From an uncultured virus (IMG/VR IMGVR_UViG_2049941000_000043) (lineage: Duplodnaviria > Heunggongvirae > Uroviricota > Caudoviricetes): a stretch of DNA of 64,000 nucleotides. The translations under genes and the position numbers were made by a program. Position 1 is the stretch's first letter. Each line of letters begins with the position of its first letter. The DNA is taken from the IMG/VR virus record IMGVR_UViG_2049941000_000043; one strand, written 5' to 3'. Below the pieces are notes generated by a model. The model did not search any database. It was not told the DNA's origin and saw only the letters and a list, made by a program, of their open reading frames with translations. Below are positions 10,221 through 21,054 of the stretch, in pieces.

Positions 10221-13200
10221 AGGAACTGTAGACACCCTAAACATACAGGTACAGACCCAGGGTGTAGCGAAAGCGCAGAAGCAGTTAAACAGCCTTGTCG
10301 GAACGCTGAAGATGTTCAAAAGACTTGGCGGTACGATGACGGGAACCGGAGAAGCAACAAAGGAAGCCGGAGAAGATGCCAAAGATGCTTCACAAGATAT
10401 AGCACAGGCCGGAGAAACCATAGAAGTAACAGGAGAAAAGGCCGGTAGGACTTCTGCCACCGTAAAGAAACTAGGTGCTTCTTTTCGCAGTGCCGGAAAA
10501 GATGGAGAGAAATCAACGGGACTGTTTGCACGGCTTGGTGCTTCCTTCAAAAAAACCACATCGCATATTGCATCGTTTGCATCTGCCCTTAAACGAATTG
10601 CGATGTATAGGTTTTTGAGAAGCGTTATCAGAGCAATCACATCAGCCATCGGTGAAGGTATTACGAACATCTACAATTACAGTAGGATCGTAGGCACATC
10701 TCTCGCTCCGGCAATGGACAAAGCGAAGTCGGCAACGCTTACTTTTAAAAACAGCATTGGAGCGGCGCTTGCTCCCGTGCTGGAAGCGTTGATCCCTGTT
10801 CTTGTGAGAGTGTGTAACTGGCTGACAACCTTTAACAACCTGTTGGCGGCGATCTTTGCCGGACTGTCAGGGAAGTCTTCCTACACGGCTGCTGTGGAAG
10901 CGACCGCTACTTGGGGAGACAATCTGTCAAGCGCAGCCGGGGCAGCCAAAGAACTGAAAAGACAACTGCTTGGATTTGACGAACTGAATGTCCTGAACGA
11001 TCCTTCGTCCGGCGGCGGTGGCGGTGGAGCAAGCACTCCTGATTATGCCAGTATGTTTGAGGAGCGAAATCTGCCACAAGGAATGTTTGACTGGCTTCAG
11101 GATTTCAGACTGGTCTTCTCTGATGTAGTCCTTGACTGGAGCAACATCAATGGTGAGCAGCTGGCTGAAAAAATAATCAGCGGTATCTTCACAGTAGCCG
11201 GACTGATCGTTGGCGGTGTTCCAGGGGCGGTTGTTGGATTCTTGCTTTCCCTTCTTGTCAACAAAACTCTTTTTGATCAAGACGGAGAAATCAGCAGAAA
11301 TGAATGGGCGAAAATAGTTGAAGGAATGTTTGGAGCCATAGGCGGTGCATTGATAGGGCTAACTGTTGGCGGTGTGCCAGGGCTTTTAGTTGGTGCGGTA
11401 CTTGGATTTTCGTTCACTACATTGCTTGGAAGCATAANNNNNNNNNNNNNNNNNNNNNNNNNNNNNNNNNNNNNNNNNNNNNNNNNNNNNNNNNNNNNNN
11501 NNNNNNNNNNNNNNNNNNNNNNNNNNNNNNNNNNNNNNNNNNNNNNNNNNNNNNNNNNNNNNNNNNNNNNNNNNNNNNNNNNNNNNNNNNNNNNNNNNNN
11601 NNNNNNNNNNNNNNNNNNNNNNNNNNNNNNNNNNNNNNNNNNNNNNNNNNNNNNNNNNNNNNNNNNNNNNNNNNNNNNNNNNNNNNNNNNNNNNNNNNNN
11701 NNNNNNNNNNNNNNNNNNNNNNNNNNNNNNNNGACGAAGACGGGACAAAGTTTTCAAAACTACTCGCAACTCCATTTGGTGTTTTGAAGTATGACTGGGA
11801 AAAGATTGTAGTTCCTTGGTGGGAGAACACATTTATTCCAGGGCTTGAAGGATTGCTTGAAAAATTTCAAAACACAAAAATGTACAAATGGTTGACAGGA
11901 CAGAGCGAAGATGAGAGCTTTTTTGCCAAACTACGAAATCATATTTTTGGAACTGTCACAGGAGAAAACATAGACAAACAAATAACTGTGTTCACAAGCA
12001 TTTTTGACGCTATAATAGCCGACTTTGACAGAAGTTTTGGCGAACTGTTCAAACTGTTTGACGAGTACGGAGATCGCTTTATAACGGCTTTTGCAAAAAT
12101 CATTGATGCTATTGATCAGGGGGACNNNNNNNNNNNNNNNNNNNNNNNNNNNNNNNNNNNNNNNNNNNNNNNNNNNNNNNNNNNNNNNNNNNNGCGTGGC
12201 AAGGATTCAAAGATTTCTTTGCAACGATTGGTGACTTTACAATAGATCTTACTGGTTTGTTTGGTGCAAAAACAGAAGTCCTTCCCGCTGTTGAAAAGAC
12301 TGGGGAAGAAATTGGAAGCGCATTTGTCGGCGGTGTTGAAAACAGCGTGACCAAGAAAGCAAAAAGGCTTGGAATAACATCAAGCAAGTACTGGAACGCA
12401 ATCCCCGAAGGTGTAGAAAAGGCAATCAAGAGAACCAATGTGAACGATCCGTTGGACAAAATTCAAAACGATATTGAAACTAAAACCAAACGGACACGGG
12501 ATTTCGTAGATGTTAGTGCCATTGGAATCCGGCGAAAAGTGGAAAAGGAACTTGCGAACACGGATGTAGTAACACCTCTCACAGCTATACACACGGATAT
12601 GCAGAGAGAGTGGAACACGATTGTAAATGGGACGGCAATCAATGCAGGAGCAGTATCCAAGACAATCACGGACAAGTTGAACGGGACAAATGTAATCAAT
12701 CCTATGAAACGCATTGAATCGGATCTTGGCAACAGCTTCAATCTGTTCAACGCTTTGACAGACACCAAGATGACCCAAGTTGGCGGTACGATCACCGGAA
12801 AATTACGAAACACGGATATCAATTCTCCAATGGAGTCCTTGAAAGAAAAGATGGCTCAAAAACTGGATGAGATGCGACAGACCACAAGCACAGTCGGAAC
12901 GAGTATCACACCCAATATCACATCCGCTTTCAATAACATGAAGAGTGATGTGATAACCGCAGTAACCGCTATGAAAAATGGTGTGCGGCAGCCATTCAAC
13001 GCAATTAGCAGCGGAGCCGTCACAGTTGCCAACAATGTGGCAGGAAGCGTCCGAGATGCCGTATACAGTATGAATCAGATCAAATTCGTAGTTCCTACTT
13101 GGGTGCCGGGAGTCGGTGGTAAGACCTTTGCTTTCAACGCTACGATTCCCTATCGCAACAAGTATGTACCGGAACTGATGGCAGAAGGTGGTCTTGTCCG

Positions 13201-13450
13201 ACAGGGACAGCTCTTTATCGCCCGTGAACGGGGGCCGGAACTGGTAGGTACTTACAACAATCACACGGCTGTCATGAATAACGATCAGATTGTGGATTCC
13301 GTAGCGGAAGGTGTCTATCGTGCTGTGTCTGATGCTATGGGTGGACAGTCTACCACAGTACAGATTGACGGCAGGACGCTGTTTGAGATCGTCACGGAAC
13401 GCAACAACGCACAGGTACGCAGGACGGGCAGAAGTCCTCTGTTAGTGTAA
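10210..13450 (+). CDS. Tape measure protein (interrupted by two N gaps)
   Basis: Long helical Ala/Gly-rich ORF pieces, [11 protein letters not shown]-terminal AEGGLV...[10 protein letters not shown] motif. Confidence 0.88.
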
Positions 13451-13464
13451 GGGGGTGCTGAAAG

Positions 13465-13836
13465 ATGGCCTTGATAACCATTACAAAAGCAAACGGTACA
13501 TCCGTAGCACTCCCGGATCCTTCCGCTTTCCAGTTTGATGTACAGGATGTAGACGGCTCCACGGCAGGACGAAATCAAAGCGGATATATGTTTCGTGACA
13601 GGGTAGCGGTAAAGATAAAGGTGGAATGCCAATGGCAACATCTCAAACAGACCCAAGCTGCTACCATCCTCAATGCCATTACCGACCAGTTTTTCACAGT
13701 CACTTGCCCGGATCCCCGGACTGGATCCAATATCAGTTTCACAGCATACTGCGGTGACCGGACAGTTCCTGCTTACAATCTCCGCACGGGAAAGTGGATA
13801 TGGAGTGAACTGAATGTGAACTTTATTGAGAGGTGA
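13465..13836 (+). CDS. Distal tail protein-like
   Basis: AGRNQSGYMFRDRV, AYCGDR motifs; follows tape measure. Confidence 0.7.
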   Translation: MALITITKANGTSVALPDPSAFQFDVQDVDGSTAGRNQSGYMFRDRVAVKIKVECQWQHLKQTQAATILNAITDQFFTVTCPDPRTGSNISFTAYCGDRTVPAYNLRTGKWIWSELNVNFIER

Positions 13837-13841
13837 GTCTT

Positions 13842-15572
13842 ATGGGTTTCTACAATAATCAATGGGAATCCGTAGGGCTTGCCCCGGCAAGGAACATTTG
13901 GATAGGTGCTATCTTCAATCCTAACGATCCAAACACTTATGACTGGGCAGTAGACAACACAGGAAACGCATTTACGCTGACAGGAAAAGACGCTATCAAA
14001 ACCTGTACCATTACACAGGAATATGGCAATGACCAGGGGCTGACCTTCGGTCTATGCAATTCCGCTCAGTTGAAACTGACAGTCTTCAATCCTTCGCTGA
14101 CGAATCTGAACATCCCTGCCAGTAAACTGGTGTGGCAGAACAGTATGGTGAAGGTGTGGTTTGGTGTCACGGATGACAACGGGGATTTCTATGATGAATC
14201 CGGGTGGGCCAAGCCGTCCTACAATCTGATAGGAACATTCTTCATAACGGAAGTGTCTTCCACAGACGGATGGCAGACCATCAATCTTGTCGGATACGAT
14301 TACCTGTCCAAACTGAATGTCATATACGAACCGAGCATCTCCTTCCCTGCCCGTGCTTTGGATATCTACAACGATATCAAACTCCAGTACTTTTCTTCCG
14401 GCGGTGCGTGGATCATAGGGTATTACCGATACCACGAAAACCAGTCTGTGACATCTCCCACGGATGTAGACTTGGACGCTACCTTGGACGCATATCTTGA
14501 CGGAACTGTAGCGGATTATATCGGATGGCTTGCGGGGCTGTTAGGAACAAACGCAATGATGATGCCGAACAATGCTCTGTACTTTTCCGATCCTCTGCAA
14601 AGCGGAAGTGACTTTAAGCTCAAACAGGATGTTCAGTATATGTCCGGCCTGGATATGCAGGATGAAGAGCCGTTTGTACTGCAAAGCATTACAAGTGGCA
14701 CACAGGAAAATCCCATCACAAGCGGTAACGGAACAGGCATCAGCTACACGAATCCGCTGATGACACAGAGCATACTGGACGGGATACTGACACACTATGA
14801 CCGCTTTACCTACTACCCTATGTCCTGCTCCTGGCGGTGCTACCCGGAAATCTTTGCCGGAGATTGCATCCGTGTTCAGCAACATGACGGAATCTACTAT
14901 CCTACGCTGATCTTCACACAGGTTTTTACTGTGGATGGTGGGCTGAAGAGCGACATCACATCCCGTCCCACACAGGCACGGGTGGAATTCTCCACCAGTC
15001 CTATGGAACGGAAGATTGAGAGGATGTATACCAACCTGTCGGAAGCCATCGCCACGGCAACAGACAAACTGAGCGGGGCAAAGGGTGGTGTATTCCGACT
15101 CACGGACAGCAATAACGATGGTGTAAACGATGGGTTTCTCATTACCCAGGATCCGACAGCCACGGCTGTCACAAAGTGTATCGTAGCTAACTATGAAGGG
15201 ATAGGCTTATCCACGGATGGCGGTGCTACTTATACACAGGCGATCACTCACGATGGCATCAACGCTGATGTTATCAACGCAGGACACATCAATGCGGAAC
15301 GCATCAAAGTGAGCGGAGAAACGCTTGCCGATTATCTTGACATTGGTGTCAATGGTGACGGCAAGGTGCAGCTCACGATAGGTGCGAGAGATTCTTCCAT
15401 CCGACTGGCAGAAGTAAATGATCAGATTGCTTTTGTGGATGGAGATAACAACGCATTGATGTCCATGACGAGTACCACTTTTGATATGGGCGGTATGCAG
15501 AGATTCCGACTGGGAAATGTGATGTTCATCATAATGCCGAACGGCAGTCTGTCTTTGGTGGGGGTGACTTAA
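13842..15572 (+). CDS. Baseplate hub/tail tip (Tal-like) protein
   Basis: Position; C-terminal GIGLSTDGGATYTQAITHDGINADVINAG motif. Confidence 0.7.
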   Translation: MGFYNNQWESVGLAPARNIWIGAIFNPNDPNTYDWAVDNTGNAFTLTGKDAIKTCTITQEYGNDQGLTFGLCNSAQLKLTVFNPSLTNLNIPASKLVWQNSMVKVWFGVTDDNGDFYDESGWAKPSYNLIGTFFITEVSSTDGWQTINLVGYDYLSKLNVIYEPSISFPARALDIYNDIKLQYFSSGGAWIIGYYRYHENQSVTSPTDVDLDATLDAYLDGTVADYIGWLAGLLGTNAMMMPNNALYFSDPLQSGSDFKLKQDVQYMSGLDMQDEEPFVLQSITSGTQENPITSGNGTGISYTNPLMTQSILDGILTHYDRFTYYPMSCSWRCYPEIFAGDCIRVQQHDGIYYPTLIFTQVFTVDGGLKSDITSRPTQARVEFSTSPMERKIERMYTNLSEAIATATDKLSGAKGGVFRLTDSNNDGVNDGFLITQDPTATAVTKCIVANYEGIGLSTDGGATYTQAITHDGINADVINAGHINAERIKVSGETLADYLDIGVNGDGKVQLTIGARDSSIRLAEVNDQIAFVDGDNNALMSMTSTTFDMGGMQRFRLGNVMFIIMPNGSLSLVGVT

Positions 15573-17537
15573 TTGGCAATTGATACTTTGATTCTCACCA
15601 CAGAAACGAAAGCCGATGTGGCACAAAAGCAATCCTGGATCAGCGTGTCCGTAGTAGTAACCGGGGGAAGCGGAACCATTTCCGGCGGTGCTGTCAGTTT
15701 GAAAGGCCCCACGGATTCCGCATACACGCAGATAGGAACGATGAATGGAGTCAGCGTGTCGGCAGATACGGCAACCACAGTCTTCTCCTATAGCGGAGTT
15801 GTGGCCCATCAAGACACGGGCGGTGGCACAGTATCCATACAGACGGCTGCTTATACCCTAGGCGGTGTGAGTGTGGCAAGCAAGACTGCTACCTATACTC
15901 TTCAGCAGATCCCCATCCCAAACACGCTGACCTTCGGAACTCTGACGGCAGGAACCAACGCTATCATTATGATAGCAAGAGGAAAGTCTACTTACAACAG
16001 TACGATAACCGCCACGGCAAACGGACAGACACTCAGCATACTGAGCAATAGTAATCGTTCCGCAACTGTATATACCTTCGCCAAATCTCTGTTTAACGAT
16101 GGTGTCTACATGGCACGGAAAGAGATGCCGATAACCATCAGCATCAAGACTACAGATACGGCAAACAATAATATGGTGATAGGCACACGGAGATACAATA
16201 CCACATTGTATTTCCCGGATTCACCGCCTGTACTGAGCGGTATGACCTTCACATATGCCTATGCGTCAAATCCACCGGGGCAGAGCTATATCAATGCGGA
16301 AACGCTTACGGGAAAGTTTTATAACAACGGGCTGACGAACCTACAGATATCCGGCAGCGTGACACCGGACAACAGCAGGATCAAAACCATCACTCTTGAC
16401 GGGGATTTCGGAAGTCATCTGCTCTACGATTCCAGTACGGCTCCCCCTGTCGGCGGTGACGGCACGATCAATATTAATACTGTTGTGGAGAGATTGTATG
16501 GCAACAATGGCTCCAACACGGCAACTCTGCGGGTAACAGACTTGAGAGGTGCTGTCAGCACAGCGACAACCACGCAGACCTTTTATGTGGCCCAGGCTCC
16601 TAGCTTGTCAAACGCAAGTCTGACAAGAGGAACATATTCCGGCGGTACTTTTACTGTAGACGATGAAGGAACGGCTATCCGATATACTGCTACACTATCA
16701 TCGGAAACAACCTTTGGCATCCTGTCATTCTACAATGCCGGACAATACATAGGAGAAAGTCAGTACGCAACAGGAAGTGTGACCTACTACTTTACAGGAG
16801 TAGATCCAACAGTAAATTCGGAGCTGCGAGTAGATGTACACAACTGGTTATCCCAAGCATCGTACATCTACATTGCTCCACTCAGTATGCCGGATTTCAA
16901 TTACAATCCTTCGCTACACGGGATTGCTTTTGGAAAACAGGCAGCAACAGCAAACAGCGTTGAAAACGAGTGGCGATTGATCCAAAAAGGACAGGTGTGG
17001 CTATACAATGACATCATATTTGATGACCTTGCACAGACCACGCAGCGAAACATCCGGTTTGCGAACGCATCCAGTAGTACGAATCATCACGATATCGTTC
17101 TTTTCGGTGGTAACCCGTCCTCTGCAAACGCTTTCGGTATCTATGACAACATCAACAGCAGATTCCTCTTGAAGTATTCCGGTGGCAAATTGGAATACTG
17201 TAAGGACGGAGATCTCACGATGACCCGTACTAACAACAGTTATGTGGATGCGACCAGTTTTGGTAGGATGACGGCACGGAGAAGAAGTAACATTCTCTTC
17301 CTACAAGGTAATTTGTCTGTCAGCAATCTTCCGTCCAATAGTACTAGCTATCAGATAGGTACTATCAGCGGATGGAACGCTACAGACAATGTCTACCTGG
17401 ACATTCCCTGTCAGACCGGGACGGGAGTGCTTCTTCTGACTGTGACATCTGCCGGAGTAATCAGCATTCTTAACGCAAGCGGATCTACGATCAACGGCTT
17501 CTGCCGTTTTCAAATTGCTATTCCAACTAGCGATTAA
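15573..17537 (+). CDS. Tail fibre/receptor-binding protein
   Basis: 654 aa Thr/Ser-rich beta protein with GIAFGK motif and a C-terminal beta-sandwich head. Confidence 0.7.
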   Translation: MAIDTLILTTETKADVAQKQSWISVSVVVTGGSGTISGGAVSLKGPTDSAYTQIGTMNGVSVSADTATTVFSYSGVVAHQDTGGGTVSIQTAAYTLGGVSVASKTATYTLQQIPIPNTLTFGTLTAGTNAIIMIARGKSTYNSTITATANGQTLSILSNSNRSATVYTFAKSLFNDGVYMARKEMPITISIKTTDTANNNMVIGTRRYNTTLYFPDSPPVLSGMTFTYAYASNPPGQSYINAETLTGKFYNNGLTNLQISGSVTPDNSRIKTITLDGDFGSHLLYDSSTAPPVGGDGTININTVVERLYGNNGSNTATLRVTDLRGAVSTATTTQTFYVAQAPSLSNASLTRGTYSGGTFTVDDEGTAIRYTATLSSETTFGILSFYNAGQYIGESQYATGSVTYYFTGVDPTVNSELRVDVHNWLSQASYIYIAPLSMPDFNYNPSLHGIAFGKQAATANSVENEWRLIQKGQVWLYNDIIFDDLAQTTQRNIRFANASSSTNHHDIVLFGGNPSSANAFGIYDNINSRFLLKYSGGKLEYCKDGDLTMTRTNNSYVDATSFGRMTARRRSNILFLQGNLSVSNLPSNSTSYQIGTISGWNATDNVYLDIPCQTGTGVLLLTVTSAGVISILNASGSTINGFCRFQIAIPTSD

Positions 17538-17592
17538 GGCTGTGAATTAAATGAAACTAGATTTGATACATTTATCTTAAGAGGTGACTGAA

Positions 17593-18087
17593 ATGAAATA
17601 CGATTACATCCCCTTGAACGCAGTACCGACATCGGAAACCATCAGCGACACAGCCAAGGTGCTTGTGGTTGATGATGGTGCTGTCAAGCAGACAGCCAAA
17701 TCCAACGTGGGCGGCGGCTCGTCCGACCCGTATGCCGGGTACGATGTAGTAATCGCAACCGAGGCATTTTCAACGGATGTTGCGGATTATGAAGTCATAA
17801 AACTGGACTATGACTCCCTGCTAACAAAAGTAAGAGCAGGAGAACTCGTTACTGGTGTTCTCTGTTTGCATTACAACTATGATGCGGATGTGGAAGGGGG
17901 AACCCATATTGAACCCATCCCGTTGATGGAAGTATATATGACCTCTGCTGATAATGTCCTGAATTTCTGTAAGGTGTCATCCGATATCCAAAATTTCATC
18001 AAGTCCAAGCGTGTTTCTTTGAATTTTTCGGACGAAGGAACGATTTTGCAAGCTAGATACACTCTTTGGGAGAAAAACTTGACTTGA
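17593..18087 (+). CDS. Hypothetical accessory virion protein
   Basis: RBS GAGGTG; short N-terminal anchor plus GGGSS linker. Confidence 0.5.
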   Translation: MKYDYIPLNAVPTSETISDTAKVLVVDDGAVKQTAKSNVGGGSSDPYAGYDVVIATEAFSTDVADYEVIKLDYDSLLTKVRAGELVTGVLCLHYNYDADVEGGTHIEPIPLMEVYMTSADNVLNFCKVSSDIQNFIKSKRVSLNFSDEGTILQARYTLWEKNLT

Positions 18088-18461
18088 TTGTAGTCATAGG
18101 CTTGCCGAACGCAGGAAAGACAACCTACTCCGAACGCTTTACGGATGTTCTTCATTACGATGAAATCAGCAAGTACAGCCGAGCGGAAAGAGAGGATATA
18201 TACCGCTCTTTTCACGGCAACTGCATTGAGGGCATCTACAACAGCAAACAGAGCAGAGAGCGGTTACTTTCCTGTTTGGAAGACAATAGCAGAAAGGTAT
18301 GCGTGTGGATTGATACCACGGAAGACGAGTGCATCCGCAGGGAGAACAGGGGAAGACCGAGCAGACTGGTAAGTCTACACGCAGAAACCTTTGAGCCACC
18401 CACCCTGGATGAAGGATGGGATGAGATAATCAGACTTCAAGGTGGTGAAGACAATGGTTAG
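18066..18461 (+). CDS. Small P-loop kinase (AAA_33/polynucleotide-kinase-like); start uncertain
   Basis: VVIGLPNAGKTT Walker A; ECIRRENR lid; EPPTLDEGWDEI C-terminus. Confidence 0.75.
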   Translation: MGEKLDLIVVIGLPNAGKTTYSERFTDVLHYDEISKYSRAEREDIYRSFHGNCIEGIYNSKQSRERLLSCLEDNSRKVCVWIDTTEDECIRRENRGRPSRLVSLHAETFEPPTLDEGWDEIIRLQGGEDNG

Positions 18462-18789
18462 AATCAACGGCAATACCATCAGCATGACAAGGGGAGATAC
18501 GCTGTCTGCTGTTGTGGAGATCTTCCAGCCGAACGGAGACCCCTACACCCCCGTGGAAGGTGACAGCATCCGCTTCGCAGTCAAGCAGAAGGGCAAGCGT
18601 GGCAACGAGCAGATGCTCATGCACAAGGAAATCCCCATCAGCACTCTGCTCCTTGTCCTTGAGCCGGAAGACACGGAACACCTTGCCTACGGGGAATACG
18701 GATATGACATTGAAATCACAAGAGCCAATGGTGTAGTAGATACCTTCATAGCGGAAGCGACTCTTGAAATAAGGTGGGAAGCTGACTGA
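18454..18789 (+). CDS. BppU-like baseplate/fibre adaptor
   Basis: ISMTRGDT...YGYDIE...GVVDTFI; homologue at 51240. Confidence 0.65.
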   Translation: MVRINGNTISMTRGDTLSAVVEIFQPNGDPYTPVEGDSIRFAVKQKGKRGNEQMLMHKEIPISTLLLVLEPEDTEHLAYGEYGYDIEITRANGVVDTFIAEATLEIRWEAD

Positions 18790-19058
18790 TGGACGGCAAG
18801 TTGACTGGCAGACTTTCTGCCGTGGGTGGCCTTCGTGGTACGCTCTCCCCTGTCGGCGGTTTGCGAGGAACGCTCTCCCTTGGATCAGGAACGGTCATTC
18901 CATACACAGGGGATTACGAAGTGACACCCACCTTTGACGAACAGTATCTCTACACCAATGGCAAACTGATGACGGACGATGTCAATGTCCACAAAATTCC
19001 TGTAGTACGCACAAGCAACCCCCATGGGGGAATTACAGTAGTGATAGGAGTGAATTGA
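18789..19058 (+). CDS. Small accessory tail protein
   Basis: LxGxLS repeats, YTGDYEVTP; homologue at 51575. Confidence 0.6.
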   Translation: MDGKLTGRLSAVGGLRGTLSPVGGLRGTLSLGSGTVIPYTGDYEVTPTFDEQYLYTNGKLMTDDVNVHKIPVVRTSNPHGGITVVIGVN

Positions 19059-19059
19059 T

Positions 19060-19665
19060 ATGGCAAACAATCAGTATGTAAACCAGGTAGGACTGGCTGA
19101 TGGAACAATTCTCATTGATCTGACATCTGATACTGCGGAGAAAGCAGATGTCCTGTCGGGCAAATATTTCCATCTGAAAACGGGAGAACGCACCACGGGT
19201 ACTTGTACCTATGACAGTAACACCACAGATGCGAACGCTTCCGCAAGTGAGATCCTGTCCGGCAGAACAGCCTATGTAAACAAGGTAAAAGTCACGGGTG
19301 AGATGACCAACAATGGTGCTGTGTCCGGCACGATTTCCACGAAAGCCGGAACTTACACCATCCCGGCTGGCTACCACAACGGACTGGGAAGTGTCGGTAT
19401 TGACAGTACCGAACAGGGAAAAATCATCGCATCCAACATTAAATCCGGCATCAGTATCCTTGGAGTAACGGGCAACTATTCCGGCGAAGCGGTTACGGCT
19501 GGAGCGGTAAATGTGACTCCGTATCTGACGGCACAGACTGTGTTGCCGTCTTCCATTAGCAAAGACTACATCAGCCAGGTGAATGTCGCAGCTATTTCCG
19601 TTACGGAAAGTGACAACGCTGCTGGGGGAAAGACTGTTACCATAGGAACAGTAGCACCGACTTGA
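19060..19665 (+). CDS. Accessory tail fibre protein
   Basis: LIDLT.DT, IPAGYHNG, NIKSGISILGVTG repeats; homologue at 51853. Confidence 0.65.
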   Translation: MANNQYVNQVGLADGTILIDLTSDTAEKADVLSGKYFHLKTGERTTGTCTYDSNTTDANASASEILSGRTAYVNKVKVTGEMTNNGAVSGTISTKAGTYTIPAGYHNGLGSVGIDSTEQGKIIASNIKSGISILGVTGNYSGEAVTAGAVNVTPYLTAQTVLPSSISKDYISQVNVAAISVTESDNAAGGKTVTIGTVAPT

Positions 19666-19681
19666 TAGGGGGTGATGCTTT

Positions 19682-20410
19682 ATGGCATCCAATCCTTATG
19701 TAAACAAAGTAGATCTTGCCAACGGCACAACCCTGATTGACCTGACGGCAGATACCGCCACTCAAGCAGATGTCGCACAGGGGAAATATTTTCATCTCCC
19801 TACTGGCGAACGGGTGCAAGGTACGGCATCAGGCGGTGGCGGTACTGGCGGTGTGACGCAAGACCAGGACGGGTACATTGTATTGGATGATCAACCCGGT
19901 GGGGGTGGCGGTAGCGGAGCAACAGTAGTAGCAAGCGGAACATTTACTGGCCCAAACACATATTATATTACAATTCCTGTTGGTACAACTTGTCCTACTA
20001 CTAATTTTATATTTCTTCTTTGGACAGAGGCAGAAGTACCGTATGATGCCAATTACAAAATAGTACAACTTACAATGACTTTGGATTCCGAATACGGGAA
20101 GGCTGAATATTATAGCAGTAGTGAATATCGTATTGTTCCAAAAAAAACCATAGACGAAAACAATGCAGGAACAATAACCACACTAGATGTCTTGGTTTCT
20201 CCCATGGCATTTACAACCATTAGACAGGGCAGTAGAGCTTACTCCGGCTATTCCGGTGGAGTTGAAAATCCTAAATTCCCTGTTAATAGTAGTTCAATAT
20301 CTATTTATTGGAGCCGAGGAAACTCACAATACAAATTTCCGGCGGTAATTTATAAGTGGAAACTACTGTATTATGGCTCAGATTATGCCAACGAATCTAT
20401 CAGCATATAA
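19682..20410 (+). CDS. Accessory fibre protein with conserved N-terminal anchor and variable C-terminus
   Basis: First ~68 aa highly similar to those of 52446-53786. Confidence 0.65.
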   Translation: MASNPYVNKVDLANGTTLIDLTADTATQADVAQGKYFHLPTGERVQGTASGGGGTGGVTQDQDGYIVLDDQPGGGGGSGATVVASGTFTGPNTYYITIPVGTTCPTTNFIFLLWTEAEVPYDANYKIVQLTMTLDSEYGKAEYYSSSEYRIVPKKTIDENNAGTITTLDVLVSPMAFTTIRQGSRAYSGYSGGVENPKFPVNSSSISIYWSRGNSQYKFPAVIYKWKLLYYGSDYANESISI

Positions 20411-20416
20411 GGGGAC

Positions 20417-20662
20417 TTGGATATGAGATATTACAAATCAGTAATAGACAATATTGTGTCCGTTTCTACACTTGATGCTGATGGAAACGGGAACATTACC
20501 GAGCAGGAATATAACACGATTCGTAATCTGTTATTGAACGCTCCTGCCGGAAAAGTTGTTGTAGAAGACGGCAATGGATATGCTTATGCCGATGCTCCAT
20601 CAACAGATGAACTAGAGGACGCAGAAGCCCTTGCCATCATTCTTGGGGGTGATTCCGAATGA
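20417..20662 (+). CDS. Hypothetical protein (fibre assembly-like)
   Basis: ORF in tail operon ending EALAIILGG. Confidence 0.5.
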   Translation: MDMRYYKSVIDNIVSVSTLDADGNGNITEQEYNTIRNLLLNAPAGKVVVEDGNGYAYADAPSTDELEDAEALAIILGGDSE

Positions 20663-21054
20663 CTAGAACAGAAGCACTCCGTATCCGTCAGATGATTGAG
20701 GACACAGCAGCACTCCTGCCGGACGATGATGCGGTAGAACGGGTCATCCTATTCCCCGTGTGGAAGACCAATGTGACATATCATATCGGTGACCGCTTTC
20801 GGTACAACGGCACTTTGTATAAGGTGGTACAGGATCATACCAGTCACGAAGCATATACACCTAATGTCACAGTCAGTCTGTATGCGGAAGTACTGCCGGG
20901 GCAGGATGGCGAGATTGGTGACTGGGTACAACCGGACAGCACAAACCCGTACATGAAAGGCGATAAGGTACGGCACAACGGCAAAGTGTGGATATCCACG
21001 ATAGACTACAATGTCTCTGAGCCAGGAATCGCCGGATGGGAAGAGGTGGTATAA
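20659..21054 (+). CDS. Carbohydrate-binding (CBM5/12-like) protein
   Basis: WKTNVTYHIGDRFRYNGTLYKV and WVQPDSTNPYMKGDKVRHNGKVW repeats. Confidence 0.75.
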   Translation: MTRTEALRIRQMIEDTAALLPDDDAVERVILFPVWKTNVTYHIGDRFRYNGTLYKVVQDHTSHEAYTPNVTVSLYAEVLPGQDGEIGDWVQPDSTNPYMKGDKVRHNGKVWISTIDYNVSEPGIAGWEEVV

